A stretch of DNA of 64,000 bases from IMG/VR virus record IMGVR_UViG_3300008113_004623, positions 1 through 64,000 of that record, one strand, 5' to 3'. Source of the stretch: a virus. Shown here in pieces: positions 48,379-60,200 of this stretch. The notes under the pieces are model-generated. The model was not told the DNA's origin. It made no database searches and saw nothing but the letters and a program-made list of their open reading frames with translations. Every line of letters begins with the position of its first letter. Within the stretch, counting starts at the first letter, position 1. The position numbers and the translations under genes are program-made.

Positions 48379-50037
48379 ATGATTTCGCATAAATCCAAAG
48401 GATTTGTTTATCCAGACTATATCTCTCCTCTACCAGCAGATGAGTTCATTAAGGGCGCACTGCTTAAACAAAAAATGTATGATGAGGGTATTGAGAAAGT
48501 TCAACAGCAACTTGACGCATACGGCCAGATTAGAAAAACTCTTCTGAAAGAAGAGGATAAAGCTTACTTTGACCAAGAGGCTACTAAATTAGTTTCTGCA
48601 TTAAACAAAAATGCAGGATTGGATTTTGCTAATAAGAATAATTTGAGATCAGCATTATCTCTAGGTAAAAATCTAATTAATGATCCCGTTATAGCTACTG
48701 CTGCTGAATCAACTGCTACTTATCAAAAGATGATAGAGGAGTATAACAAACTCGATCCTAAGAATAGAAGTTCTGTAAATGATTACTTCTTTATGAAAGA
48801 CATTAACAATTGGTTGAAAGATGGTAAGTACGGCAGTAAACTAAAGTATAACCCTTATACTGTTTATACAGACGAGCATGTAAAACTTTGGAAAGAATTG
48901 TCTACCTCACTTAAACCCGAAGAACAAGAGTTTCCTGTATTTGATGGAGCTAGTGGTGAATGGATTGTTCAGAAGAAATACTCAGGTGTAACTGCACAAA
49001 GATTTAGAGATGCTTATATAAACGGACTAAGCGCACAGGCTAAGAATCAACTAGAGATGGAGGCTCGTTACTCCTTAGAGACAGGAGATAGAAATAAAAT
49101 TACTAGTTTCTATAACCAAGATTTAAACAATAAAATAACTTCAACAACTTTAGAATTAAACCGATTAAACGAGGAAAAACAAAAAGTTGCTGCAAAGTAC
49201 GGCTCATCGTCTCCAGAAACTTTAAGACTAGACGAACAAATTAAGAGCATAAATGCTACAAAGGTATTTTATGAAAACAAACAAGCAGGCGAACTAACTG
49301 ATGGTGATTTAGTATCTTTCTTAAAAGATGATAAAATACTAGATGCTGCTGGAGCCTTTGCCTATAAGAGTGAAAGTTCTAAACTTGAGGCAAATCCTTA
49401 CGTAGTAGATTACAAGAGAATGCAGAATAACTTAGCGGAATATCAAGCTAAGGCTCAAATTGATATTGCTAAAGAAGAAGAATTAGTTAGACGCGGACTA
49501 AAAGACGGATCAACAAACGGAATGTTAAGTCCAGGTGCCTATCTGCCAGATTCTAAGTATGAAAAAAATCCAGTTATTCAAGACTTTAATCCAATCTACG
49601 GACAAACTAGAAGTATAGAAGAAGCTGCTTTAATTCAAAATGGGCTTGTTAAGTTTTCTGAAGGGAAAACTGTAGAACAAGCACTGCAATCAATAATGGA
49701 TGAAGGTAAACTATCAGGAGAAGACAGACGTGATATTAATGAGATGTTCTTACCTTCTGGGTTTTTAGAAAGACGCCCAGTAGCTGAACAACGTGAACGT
49801 CAAGCAAGAGGACAAAAATTAGTTGAGGAGATGTTTTGGAAATTTAAAGGCATGTACGACTCATTAAAAGGAAATAGATCAATTAAACAAGGGGATGAAA
49901 GTTTCTCTTTAAATCCATCTAGCACTGTATCTGTTTTAGAAATGACAGGCGGTGTTAGGGATATGAGTGTTGCTTCTTTATTAAATAGAGATGGAAGTTA
50001 CTTGTCTCAGATTAAAGAAATTAAAATTAAGAAATAA
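48379..50037 (+). CDS. ejected cargo protein
   Basis: YISPLP...KQ.MYDEG...VQ N-terminus; helical; precedes the giant genes. Confidence 0.6.
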   Translation: MISHKSKGFVYPDYISPLPADEFIKGALLKQKMYDEGIEKVQQQLDAYGQIRKTLLKEEDKAYFDQEATKLVSALNKNAGLDFANKNNLRSALSLGKNLINDPVIATAAESTATYQKMIEEYNKLDPKNRSSVNDYFFMKDINNWLKDGKYGSKLKYNPYTVYTDEHVKLWKELSTSLKPEEQEFPVFDGASGEWIVQKKYSGVTAQRFRDAYINGLSAQAKNQLEMEARYSLETGDRNKITSFYNQDLNNKITSTTLELNRLNEEKQKVAAKYGSSSPETLRLDEQIKSINATKVFYENKQAGELTDGDLVSFLKDDKILDAAGAFAYKSESSKLEANPYVVDYKRMQNNLAEYQAKAQIDIAKEEELVRRGLKDGSTNGMLSPGAYLPDSKYEKNPVIQDFNPIYGQTRSIEEAALIQNGLVKFSEGKTVEQALQSIMDEGKLSGEDRRDINEMFLPSGFLERRPVAEQRERQARGQKLVEEMFWKFKGMYDSLKGNRSIKQGDESFSLNPSSTVSVLEMTGGVRDMSVASLLNRDGSYLSQIKEIKIKK

Positions 50038-50055
50038 CATAAGTAATTAAGAGGC

Positions 50056-53000
50056 ATGGCAAAAAAAGTAGATAGTTCTTTTAACTTTTTAGGAATAGAT
50101 CCTCGCTTAAATGTAGGAGACCCCAACGTTGTTAAGGCAGCAGTAGACCAATCCATTAATAGTAATCCTGTTTTATTTAATGCTTATCACACTAAGGAAA
50201 TCCTAAGACCACAATTAGATGAAATAAGAAGAGAGAAAGAAACCGAACGTTTACGTAATATAAACGTAAACTCTTTTAATTATCTTGCTAAGAAGGCGGG
50301 GTACGACGAAGGTTATGCTTCTAATCTTTATAACAGAATACAAGACTTACCTAATTTACCTGAGCAACAAGCAACTGCTGCCTACAATGAATTAGCAAAA
50401 GAATTAGATGATTTAAAAGAAAAAGGAACTACTTCTTCTTTTGGTGGATTTGATTACTTATCTGATATAGGTGAAGGTCTTTTTGAAGCTGCGCGAGGTG
50501 CAACTAATATTAGCCATGAACTTTTTGGTGGAGCTAAGTACACTGACCCACAAGAATGGTTAGGTAAAAATAAAAATGACCAAACCGCACAAGCTGTGCT
50601 CGATGAGTTATTTACTCCCTCAGACATTTATAAGTATGCTAAACGTGTATTAGATAGTAAACAGAAAGAAGTATCTATTAATAAGTTTAAACAGAACTTA
50701 GGTGATGTTGACGGAGTTTTGCAGTTACTTGAATCTAAATCAAGAAATTTAAATAGTGGAAATAGTTTTGATGACTTACTACTTCCTGTATTAGAGAATC
50801 AATTTAGAACACCTGGTTCTGATTGGTACCGAGATGCCGAAGGAGAGTTAAGTCCTCAGTATGTAAAAGAATTTCAAAACTATGTTAAGCAAGGTTTTCA
50901 AGAAAAGTTTGATGATCAAAGTTTTGTAACTAACATTTTAAATAAACCTGCTCGTTACGCAAAGTATGATTTAGAAACAGAAGCACTTAATGACTACAAG
51001 ACAGTTCTACAAAAAGGATTGTTTGACTTAGTTGATGAGCGTAGACAACTTCTTGATGAAGAAAAACTTGTAAAAGATAGCCCAGAAGACAAACAGTACA
51101 TCAACAAAATTGAGCGTATTAATTCTCAATTAGACAAACTAGTAGCAAGAGAAAAAAGTATTGATAAAGTATACGGAGTATCTGTAGGAGACCGTAGTGG
51201 ATTTTTTAAAGCTACTTTAGGCAGTGGCTATATGGCTTTTAGAGATTTGCGTGACTTTTTAACTCCAGATTATTTTCAAGGCCCTGAGTCTGATGCAAAT
51301 ACTCAAGTTATTAGAAATGCTATGTATAAACCTGAAGTACTACGATATGATAAATACGGAAATCCTGTATTATCAAATCAAGTATTTTATGAAAGTGCTT
51401 CGGGTACAAAAGCAAACTGGCGTGGCTTTTTTGAGTCTGGTGGGGCTATTGTAGGTGACATGGCACCTGCTATTGCTACGGGGTCTATACTTGCGCGTGG
51501 AGTTTCTTCTGGTTTAGCTCTTGCAGGAACTGAAGCAGGCTCTGCAACATTAGGTGCTAGAGTAGCTTCTACAGCAGCAAAGACTTACGATAAAGTAAAC
51601 AAGTACGGAAGTCTTCGCTTAGCAGATCGTATTTCTACTTTTGCAACTATCTATGCAACTACTAATGAGCGTATATACGAACAAGAAAAGAAGTGGGGAG
51701 GTAATGCTGAAGAACGGGCTCGTTATTTAGCAGTAGCTGAAGCCGCATCCGAAGCTATAGGTTTTCCTGATGTAGGAATATTAAAGTTAACTCCATTTAG
51801 TAGAGGATTAGGTGCGGCCAGTAAAACAGCTGCAGGAATATCTTTAACTAGATCTGAGTTAGCGAAGGCATATTTACGTGGAGGTTCTGAATTTGCTAAG
51901 ACTGCAGTTAAAGCCAACTTAGTAGAATCTTTTGAAGAAGAAATGGCTTTACTTGGAGAAGCACTTGTAAGTCACGCCTACGCAGATGAGTATGCTCGTG
52001 TAGGTAGAGAACAAACAGAATTTACTGGAGAAAACATAATTGATACTTTTGTTGAATCATTTAAAGGAGGTCTTCTTTATAGTGGTTTAATGACAGGCAT
52101 GAATCATTACAGAGCTACTCGTAAGAATGCTTTGTTAGATCAGGCTGAATACGAGGCCGCAAATAATCCAGAATTATTTAAAGCTAAGTTGAAGGAGATG
52201 CACCAAAAGAATCCTTCAGAACTTTCTGAAAAGCAATTAGCAGATGCTATTGTAACTATAGATAATCTTTCTAACACATTTAAGTCTCTGTCTCAAATAG
52301 ACAACTTAAAAGATTTAAATACCTTTTTCGATGATGAAGATGCACGCAGACAACTATTCACTAAAGCTAGGCAGCGTGATGTTCTACGTTCTATTGACTT
52401 TGATAGTTTGACTCCCGAACAACAAGAAGAATTTACTAAAGCTAAGTTAGGAGGTAAGATTACTAAAAAAGCAACTGCTGAGTATAATAAAGCTCGTCAA
52501 CAGGTAAGTGATTTCTTAGCACAAACCGAGGGACAAACCCTCAGTAAAGAACAAACACAAGAGTTTGTTGCTTTGCAGTTAAAAGCAGCACAACTTCGCA
52601 GTATTGCTAATACTATTGATTTACGTAAGCTTACTGATTCTCAGATGGAAACTTTGGCTTCTATGGGAATAATAGAAGATAAAGACTTTCAGTTTACCCA
52701 AGAAGATTTGGATAAAATGATTGCTGAAGTAGATACTGATATTCTTAAAACAGAGAAACGCGCTTTTCAATATGCTGAGATGACTAAGGCGGAGAAAGCA
52801 GAAGCCATCAAAAAAGCTTACGATAAAAAGATAGAAGCTATTAACCAGGTAGAAGATCCTACGGTTTTGTTCGAGTCATTAGTAGCGTTAAAAAAAGACT
52901 ACGAATATTTAGAAAAAAATGCTTATGGAGTAAATCCAGAAGTTCTTGCAAACAAAGCATCGCTTTTAGATGCTTACCAACAAAGATTCGATGCTCTAAC

Positions 53001-56000
53001 TCAACGCGATGCCTCTGGTGCTAACTTGTTTGAAGCAAGTCTCCGAGAACTAGATATTAATAAAGCTATTACTGATTATAATATTTATGAATTAGTAAAG
53101 TTATCTTCTCGACTAGATCAAAACAAGGATCATGTTGACAGTGCTTTTGCAGAGAATTTAAACGAAGAATTGTTAAATGCTCAAGCACAGATTATAGAAA
53201 ATATACAAAAACTACAGGGAGATCAAAAAATACAAGCTTTAGCTAAGATTATGGATCAAACTGTAAAGTTTAATACATTTACTTATTTTGACCAAAAAGC
53301 ATTTAGTGAATTTATTACAAGTTATACTTATGGCTTAGATTCAGAAACAAACGAAGAAGTAGAGCAGACTATGACTGTTTCTATTACTCCAGAAGAATTT
53401 GAAAAAGTAAGAGCCGAAGTTATTCGGATGCGTGGTATACGTAAGAGTAACTCAATGGCAGCCACTGGTCGTGTAGATAATGTTAGTGTACCAACTGAAA
53501 GCGAAGAGCAAGAAGATGCTATGCGTACATTAGCTCGTAATGTTGCTGCAGCATCTAGTGAGTTAGATGATGATGGTTTTTCTGAAAAATCTGCTTTAGA
53601 AAAACAATACACTGATTCCTTCTTAAAAAACAAAGAAGTAACAGAAGCAGTTCAAGCTTTAAAAGATAGAGTATTTTCTTTATTTAACGAAGGCAGCGCA
53701 CGTGCAGCATCTGTTCTAAACGCATTTAATACCTTACTAACAAATAAAGATACTATTTCTTTTGACGCACAGCTTCAGCAAGTAAAACAAGCTCTTAAAG
53801 CTGAAATTGATGCACTACGAAATGTAGATAAAAACTCTAAATCTGCCAGAGCACTAGAGGGAGTTTTGCTAGAACTAGATTTGTGGACTAAGGCAGCAAA
53901 GAAAATGGTTATTCAAAATCCTGCTGCTAATTTAGGTGACTTAACTAATTTAGAACCTAGCAGAACAAATGTTGTTGATCTTCAAAATGATGTTTTGGAG
54001 GAAGAGTTTGGGGACGAGTTAACGCCAGCACAAGTTCAAACTAAACAATCTGAGATTGACCAACTGAATCAAGAAGCTCAACGTAGACGTTCTCGTCTAC
54101 TAGACTTAACTAGTCCAGCTAGAAGTAATGGAATAGAAGTAACTCCAGATAATGTCATAGTAACAGATCCTGCAGTAAAACGTAGAGTTGCATTTATTGA
54201 TGCACTTTCTACGATGGCAGATACTAAAGTTAAGATTCTAAACAAACGACAGTTTTTGCGTGAGTATTTAGCTAGCAAGTATCCGCAGAAAAACCAAGCA
54301 GACATTGAGCAAGACTTAAAGAGTCTATTAACGTTCTTTACTAATATACCTCAAGACATAGTAGACAACTGGGATACCTTAACTAATCAAGATGAAATTC
54401 TTGCTTCGGTGCATCAGTTACTAGGTAAAGAATTTTTTGATAAAGGGCAGCTTAGATACTATGTAAAGAACAAAGCTCAAGGATTACTAGTTAATCCTGA
54501 AGTTATAATGACTGCCGCAAGTAAAGACGGTAAAGTTTTATTACAGGACTCTTACCCGCTTGAGTTAAGTTTTATTCAGAATACGGGTGAAGGCAATACT
54601 AAAGAGTTTTCTACTGTACCGTGGAGATTGTCAGGACGTATACAAGGAGAATCTACAGACGTTAAAATCTTACCTGGAGATATTATTGCTGCCCATACCG
54701 AAACTTTTGCAAGCAAAGAGTTATTACAAGAATTTTTAGGAAAGAATGATAAAAGCGTATTAGTTGACTATGAGATCAGTGAAGGGGTTCTTACTAATAA
54801 AGATTCTTTTAGCACAATGGCAGAAGTTGAATCTTCTGATATTAAAAACGCTAGTCTTAAAGATTTTTCAATTCCAACACAGCCAGGATCTCGCGTAGCA
54901 GGCAGACGCTACAAATTTAATTTAGGTCGTTTGTACTTTAACAATAATGGTAATCCTGTTATTTTACAGAACAATAAACTTAACGAAGAGGAAATACAAG
55001 CAATAGCTGAGTTAGTATTTAATCCTCCAACTGGAAATATTAGTATGAGCCAGTTAGATGAGGCTTTATTTGATCTAATTAACCAAATCGATAAGAACAA
55101 TCGTATTGTATTCTTCCCAGCAGAGGCGCTTAATCAAATTCAAGCTGACGGTAGTTTAAAAACTTTTTACGAACAAATGTTAGTACCTTCATTAGTTCAA
55201 GAAGTTAACGGCAAACGTAAGTACCAAAAGCTCACAAAAGAACAATTCATTAAAGAGTTAGGAAACTATTACTATAAAGTAAGTCCAACTTTCTTATCTG
55301 GGGGCGCACGCTTTAACGAAAGCATTACTCGTTTCCAAATGAAAGACGGTGTTCCTGAAGTATTAAAACAGCCATACTTAGACTATATTAAAGAAACACA
55401 TCAAGCTCCTATTAATAGTGAGGGAAATGTATCTACTGTAGTTAATAAGATTGTCTATCCAAGTACTACTGACTTAGCCGCACAAACTAAAGCTTTAAAT
55501 CTACAAATCAAGAACGACCAACAACTAACCAGTAAAGGAAAGACAGTAGGAGGCGTTAATCCAAATAGTAATGCCCGAAGTTTAAATCCAACTGCTCCAC
55601 AGTTAAATAGAACTGCTTCAGCTACTTTGAATATGATTCCCTATGCAGAGATTAACTCTTTCTTAGCGAAGTTTGGTATTCCTGTAAAAATTGGTTACTC
55701 TGAAGAAATTTATAACCAATTAGTATTAGCAATTAAAAAAGACCCAAGTATTCTAAGCCTAGTAACTGCTCGCATCGAGAATAACCAGGTTGTTACTTCT
55801 GAGTATGATGGAGGAAATACTAAAGGAATTAACTTACTTATTGGTTCAGTAACTCTTCCTAATGGTCAAAAATATAAAGTGTTTTTTAAACCTGATGAGC
55901 AAAGCGCAGGACTGAACTTAAACATCAATAAAATTGAGGGAGGATTTACTGCAAGTGTGAAAAACACTGATGTTCCTAATCCTACTCCTTCTAATGCTCC

Positions 56001-57204
56001 TAGAGTTCCCTCAGCTGTAGCATCAGATGTTGTAAATAAACTTAGTGCTTTAAACGAAAAAATTCTTGTTATAGATCCTACAGATGAAAAATTCTATATA
56101 GAAGTAGATAAAAACGGGCAAAGAATAGGTGATAAAAAATATCCTAGAGTTTCTAGTCTTACAGGTAAAAGAGAATTTAGCAATAAGACCGCAGCAAATA
56201 GAGGAACTATTATTGATTCTTTACTTAGAGAATTTATTAAGGGGAATATTAAAACGGAAGGCCAAATGATGCAGGCTTACAAAAAAATTAAAGAAACTAA
56301 CCAGTACCCTACAGATACTTTTACTGTTCCTTTTATTTCTGATTTATTTGCTACCTTTAATGGATTTGTTCAAAGTAATCCTAACTTAGTCTTTATTGCC
56401 GATTTACCTACTTTATGGGGTACTTTTAATGGCGTAGATCATGCGGGTACTATTGATTTACTAGCAATAGATAATACTAATGGTAAAGTTTATATAATAG
56501 ATTTAAAAACATCTACACAAGATAGAACAGATACTACTAATAAATTCTACGAAAGTTATACTTCCGCAGATACAATTCAACAATCAGCTTACGCAGAAGC
56601 GTTAGCACAACGTACAGGAATTGTAATAGACGGATTAAAAATTTTCCCAATTCAAGTGGAATTATCAAGAGAGACTCAAACTTATGAAAGTGCTATAGGT
56701 AACAAAAGAAATTCTGGCTATATTTATGAGTTGACTCCAGATCCTAAGTATTTCCCATCAAAGACAACTCCTCCTATAAAAAGTCAAGTACCTTCCAATA
56801 TTAACGTAGAGTCAGTCACTTACCAAAATAGTCAATATACAGTTCATTTGTCTAAAAATCCTTTTTCAGGATTAAATGAGATTGTGCAAATCTTTAATAA
56901 AGATAATGCAGAGATTGATGTTAACAGTACTACAGGTAAAAACGTAGCAAGTCAATTAGACTGGGGAAAGATTAATCCTAGTGCGCCTAAGAAAATGTCT
57001 CCTGCAGACTTAATGGATGCAGCTAACCAAACGCCTCAGGCTCCTGCTGCCCAAAAACAAACTAAACCTTTATCTGCTGCTGTATTTAATTCAGAAGAAG
57101 AAAATCAAGGTAAACAAAATAAAGACGCCTGTGCTAATCCTACCGATAGATTCTCTCAACAAGGTACTACAAAGGTTCCGAGATCTATTAGAAAGAAACC
57201 TTAG
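50056..57204 (+). CDS. giant virion protein with C-terminal PD-(D/E)XK nuclease-like domain
   Basis: 2382 aa; Gly/Ala hydrophobic region; YPRVSS...RGT.ID...AGTIDLL...IIDLKT...QQSAY. Confidence 0.7.
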   Translation: MAKKVDSSFNFLGIDPRLNVGDPNVVKAAVDQSINSNPVLFNAYHTKEILRPQLDEIRREKETERLRNINVNSFNYLAKKAGYDEGYASNLYNRIQDLPNLPEQQATAAYNELAKELDDLKEKGTTSSFGGFDYLSDIGEGLFEAARGATNISHELFGGAKYTDPQEWLGKNKNDQTAQAVLDELFTPSDIYKYAKRVLDSKQKEVSINKFKQNLGDVDGVLQLLESKSRNLNSGNSFDDLLLPVLENQFRTPGSDWYRDAEGELSPQYVKEFQNYVKQGFQEKFDDQSFVTNILNKPARYAKYDLETEALNDYKTVLQKGLFDLVDERRQLLDEEKLVKDSPEDKQYINKIERINSQLDKLVAREKSIDKVYGVSVGDRSGFFKATLGSGYMAFRDLRDFLTPDYFQGPESDANTQVIRNAMYKPEVLRYDKYGNPVLSNQVFYESASGTKANWRGFFESGGAIVGDMAPAIATGSILARGVSSGLALAGTEAGSATLGARVASTAAKTYDKVNKYGSLRLADRISTFATIYATTNERIYEQEKKWGGNAEERARYLAVAEAASEAIGFPDVGILKLTPFSRGLGAASKTAAGISLTRSELAKAYLRGGSEFAKTAVKANLVESFEEEMALLGEALVSHAYADEYARVGREQTEFTGENIIDTFVESFKGGLLYSGLMTGMNHYRATRKNALLDQAEYEAANNPELFKAKLKEMHQKNPSELSEKQLADAIVTIDNLSNTFKSLSQIDNLKDLNTFFDDEDARRQLFTKARQRDVLRSIDFDSLTPEQQEEFTKAKLGGKITKKATAEYNKARQQVSDFLAQTEGQTLSKEQTQEFVALQLKAAQLRSIANTIDLRKLTDSQMETLASMGIIEDKDFQFTQEDLDKMIAEVDTDILKTEKRAFQYAEMTKAEKAEAIKKAYDKKIEAINQVEDPTVLFESLVALKKDYEYLEKNAYGVNPEVLANKASLLDAYQQRFDALTQRDASGANLFEASLRELDINKAITDYNIYELVKLSSRLDQNKDHVDSAFAENLNEELLNAQAQIIENIQKLQGDQKIQALAKIMDQTVKFNTFTYFDQKAFSEFITSYTYGLDSETNEEVEQTMTVSITPEEFEKVRAEVIRMRGIRKSNSMAATGRVDNVSVPTESEEQEDAMRTLARNVAAASSELDDDGFSEKSALEKQYTDSFLKNKEVTEAVQALKDRVFSLFNEGSARAASVLNAFNTLLTNKDTISFDAQLQQVKQALKAEIDALRNVDKNSKSARALEGVLLELDLWTKAAKKMVIQNPAANLGDLTNLEPSRTNVVDLQNDVLEEEFGDELTPAQVQTKQSEIDQLNQEAQRRRSRLLDLTSPARSNGIEVTPDNVIVTDPAVKRRVAFIDALSTMADTKVKILNKRQFLREYLASKYPQKNQADIEQDLKSLLTFFTNIPQDIVDNWDTLTNQDEILASVHQLLGKEFFDKGQLRYYVKNKAQGLLVNPEVIMTAASKDGKVLLQDSYPLELSFIQNTGEGNTKEFSTVPWRLSGRIQGESTDVKILPGDIIAAHTETFASKELLQEFLGKNDKSVLVDYEISEGVLTNKDSFSTMAEVESSDIKNASLKDFSIPTQPGSRVAGRRYKFNLGRLYFNNNGNPVILQNNKLNEEEIQAIAELVFNPPTGNISMSQLDEALFDLINQIDKNNRIVFFPAEALNQIQADGSLKTFYEQMLVPSLVQEVNGKRKYQKLTKEQFIKELGNYYYKVSPTFLSGGARFNESITRFQMKDGVPEVLKQPYLDYIKETHQAPINSEGNVSTVVNKIVYPSTTDLAAQTKALNLQIKNDQQLTSKGKTVGGVNPNSNARSLNPTAPQLNRTASATLNMIPYAEINSFLAKFGIPVKIGYSEEIYNQLVLAIKKDPSILSLVTARIENNQVVTSEYDGGNTKGINLLIGSVTLPNGQKYKVFFKPDEQSAGLNLNINKIEGGFTASVKNTDVPNPTPSNAPRVPSAVASDVVNKLSALNEKILVIDPTDEKFYIEVDKNGQRIGDKKYPRVSSLTGKREFSNKTAANRGTIIDSLLREFIKGNIKTEGQMMQAYKKIKETNQYPTDTFTVPFISDLFATFNGFVQSNPNLVFIADLPTLWGTFNGVDHAGTIDLLAIDNTNGKVYIIDLKTSTQDRTDTTNKFYESYTSADTIQQSAYAEALAQRTGIVIDGLKIFPIQVELSRETQTYESAIGNKRNSGYIYELTPDPKYFPSKTTPPIKSQVPSNINVESVTYQNSQYTVHLSKNPFSGLNEIVQIFNKDNAEIDVNSTTGKNVASQLDWGKINPSAPKKMSPADLMDAANQTPQAPAAQKQTKPLSAAVFNSEEENQGKQNKDACANPTDRFSQQGTTKVPRSIRKKP

Positions 57205-57239
57205 TCCATAAGTCTATTTTTATAATTTTTTAATTAACT

Positions 57240-57247
57240 TATATTTG
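57240..57247 (+). promoter_or_regulatory. -7 box upstream of the RNAP gene
   Basis: TATATTTG 15 nt before ATG 57263; no clear TTG. Confidence 0.5.
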
Positions 57248-57262
57248 TATTAAAACACGAAC

Positions 57263-60200
57263 ATGATTTGCCCTAATTTTAGTAATCCTAGCATAAGAAA
57301 AGATTTTTATAATCTTGTTGGTATTGTAGGCGAAGATTTTGCCTATTACCTATGGGATAAGAATAATGGACTACCTCTTACTTTACAAGCAAATCCAGCT
57401 AATCTTAATGAAGCAATTGCTAATCCTTTATTTGAAGCTTTGGATGAACAGTTTAATGGTAATTCTACTAAAGCTACTTTAGGAGTAGCTATTACGTTTA
57501 GTAGTGCTTTTCAGAAAAAATACGTAGGATTTAACCGAGCAACTCCTGAGCGTCAAGTACAGTTAATTAATGACTACATTAACAAGTTAGATATTACACT
57601 AGAGCAAGCAACTCAAAATTATATTAAAAGAGCAAATCAAATTAATAGAACATTTAAGAGAGCTGTTAGTGTAACACAAGAAGCTGTAACTAGAGAAGAT
57701 CTTAGTAAAGACCCTAACTCAGTAATTAATCAAATTGAAGATGTTACTGCTCAAGACAGGACTGCTGCTTATGAGTTTTTAAAACGTAACAAGATTGCTC
57801 AGAATATTCGCTTTACGAATGCTCAAAAAGTAGTTAACTCAGGGGCTTATGCACAATGGACTAAACACGGTTTAACTTTATTTAAAGGCTCCGACTATAC
57901 GGACATTTATCACGAGTCTTGGCACGAGTTTACACAATGGTATCTTTCTCCGATTGAAAAAGCATTACTATACAATACTGTAAGAAATAGAGAAGGGACA
58001 GTTACTATAGGCGACTTAGAGATACCTTACTACAGTCTTACTAATAGACAAGTAGAAGAAGTACTAGCGGAAGAGTTTCGTGCTTATTCTATACAGCGTA
58101 ACAGAAACGAAGCGGTTGCTGCAGAACCTCGTATTAGAAACTTCTTTGAGAGAATGTATGATTTCTTAAAGTGGCTTTTCTTTGGTCCAGAAAAAACAAA
58201 AAAACCTGAATCTACTTTTGAGTTTGAAAATGTTTCTGCAATGTTTAGCGCTTTATATGAAGGTAACGTAGATTTATCTCGTAGAGCAGAAACAAACATA
58301 GTAGAAGATTCTTTAAATAGAAGTACAGCTTTAACCTTGCCTATCTTAACGGATGAAGGTTTACAAGAGATAGAGTTAAGCCCTTTAGTCGGTGCTGAGG
58401 TTATAAGTTATGTAAGCTATAGTATCTATAAACAGATGCGTGATCAGAATATTGGCATGAGTCTTTTATTAAATCCTGAGCACAAAAAGAATTTAATCCC
58501 TCAATTATATACAGCAGTTAGAGCAGAGTTAAATGATGTATTAGATAACTTAGAGATAAAAATAGAACAAGCTGAAACATCTAACAACATGGCTGCTTTG
58601 GAAATGTTAGAAGACCAGTACGCTAATATAACTGCACTAGTAAACGAAGATGAAGCCTGGAACCGAGTAGTTGCCCTACATCAAAGTACAACACAAGGCG
58701 AACTCTTTAATATAGATGCGGATGTTACTGTTTCTGTAGAAGAGAATATAGAAAACAGAATAGACGAAGCTCCTGCAGAAGAAAAAACTAGAAACGAAGT
58801 TCAATACGGGGATAAGTCAAATGTTAACCCACTTGAGTTGTATGATCCTTATGTTATTGAGTTAATTAAAAGTTTACCTGACCTAGTTAATATTAACGGC
58901 CAGGTTGTCCCTAGTACGGGCAGCACTCTTGGTTTACCAAAAAACGGAAACTTCAAACATAATAAAAATCTTCTTCAGAACATTCTATCAGGATCTACGT
59001 CTTATGAAGATGCTATTCAGCGATTAATAGAAGCTTCTTCCGTAAGTCCTCAATTAACTTATTTAATTCAATTGCTTCCTAGTCCTGTTAGTGAAACTCT
59101 AACATTAGACGAGATTACATTAAAGAATCAGTTTATGCAGGCCTTGTCTATGCCTCGCGTAGATCCTTATTCTGTAAAAGCAATTGAAAAAACTGAAGAC
59201 ACTACAGTCGATAATGTTATAACATCTAAGAAAGTTATTCAGTTTAATACTTTCTACATTAGTACACTTACCCAAGACGCACTTCTAGAGTACTTAGATA
59301 ATGAGTTCCAAATATCTGCTGCTTCTGATTTTAAATCTGAAACCGATCAATCAACTATAAAACAAAGAAGCTTTGTTAACAAAAGCATAAATGGTTTAGA
59401 GTTTGCTACATTCTCTACAGCTTCTGTATTAGACGCATATAAAGATATTGATAGCACTACTTCCTATAAGACATTATTTGAATTTATGAATGATGCTTTT
59501 GGAGTGGACTTATATCAGGGAATTAGCGAGCAATACCTATTTGATAAGCGTGGTGATATTATCATTGCTAACTCTCCATACACAGAGAGCCAATTAAACG
59601 CACTTACGCAGGTTATTGTAGCTTCTTATAATAAGATTAAGTTATATCACTTAATTAACAATTTAGAAGGTAAGTCACCTATAATTAATAAATTAAAAAA
59701 TGAAGTTCCTTCATCTGTAGAAACTCCTGCTAAGACCTATATCTCTGATGTAAAGAAAAGTTTAGTTACAGCATTAAACACTTTAAGCAATAATTTTAAC
59801 ACACTCAACGCAAAAGACCAAGAGCAGTTTAAAGAGATAGTTGATCTATTTACTAATTCTATAAAAAATAACAATAATCTCAGAACTGAAAGACAGATTC
59901 TTTTCAGAGCTATTGAAAACTATTACAATAAAGTAGTTAAGTCTGCGTCTTACTTAAACGACGAGAACAATATGGAGTGGTCTATCCGTGAGTGGCAGCA
60001 TGTTGTAACCCAAGCAAGCAGTATTAATAATGCCAGAACTCTAGCTGACTTAACAGGCCATTTAAACCCAGCTACAAATAACTTTGTTGGTGTGTCTAAG
60101 TTACTTGCAAAAGCATTTAGCCAAGAGACAGGCGAGCGTAAGTTAAACAGAGATGAAGACAATGTTCTTTTTGAGTTAGTTAATATTTCTGGATACTCTA

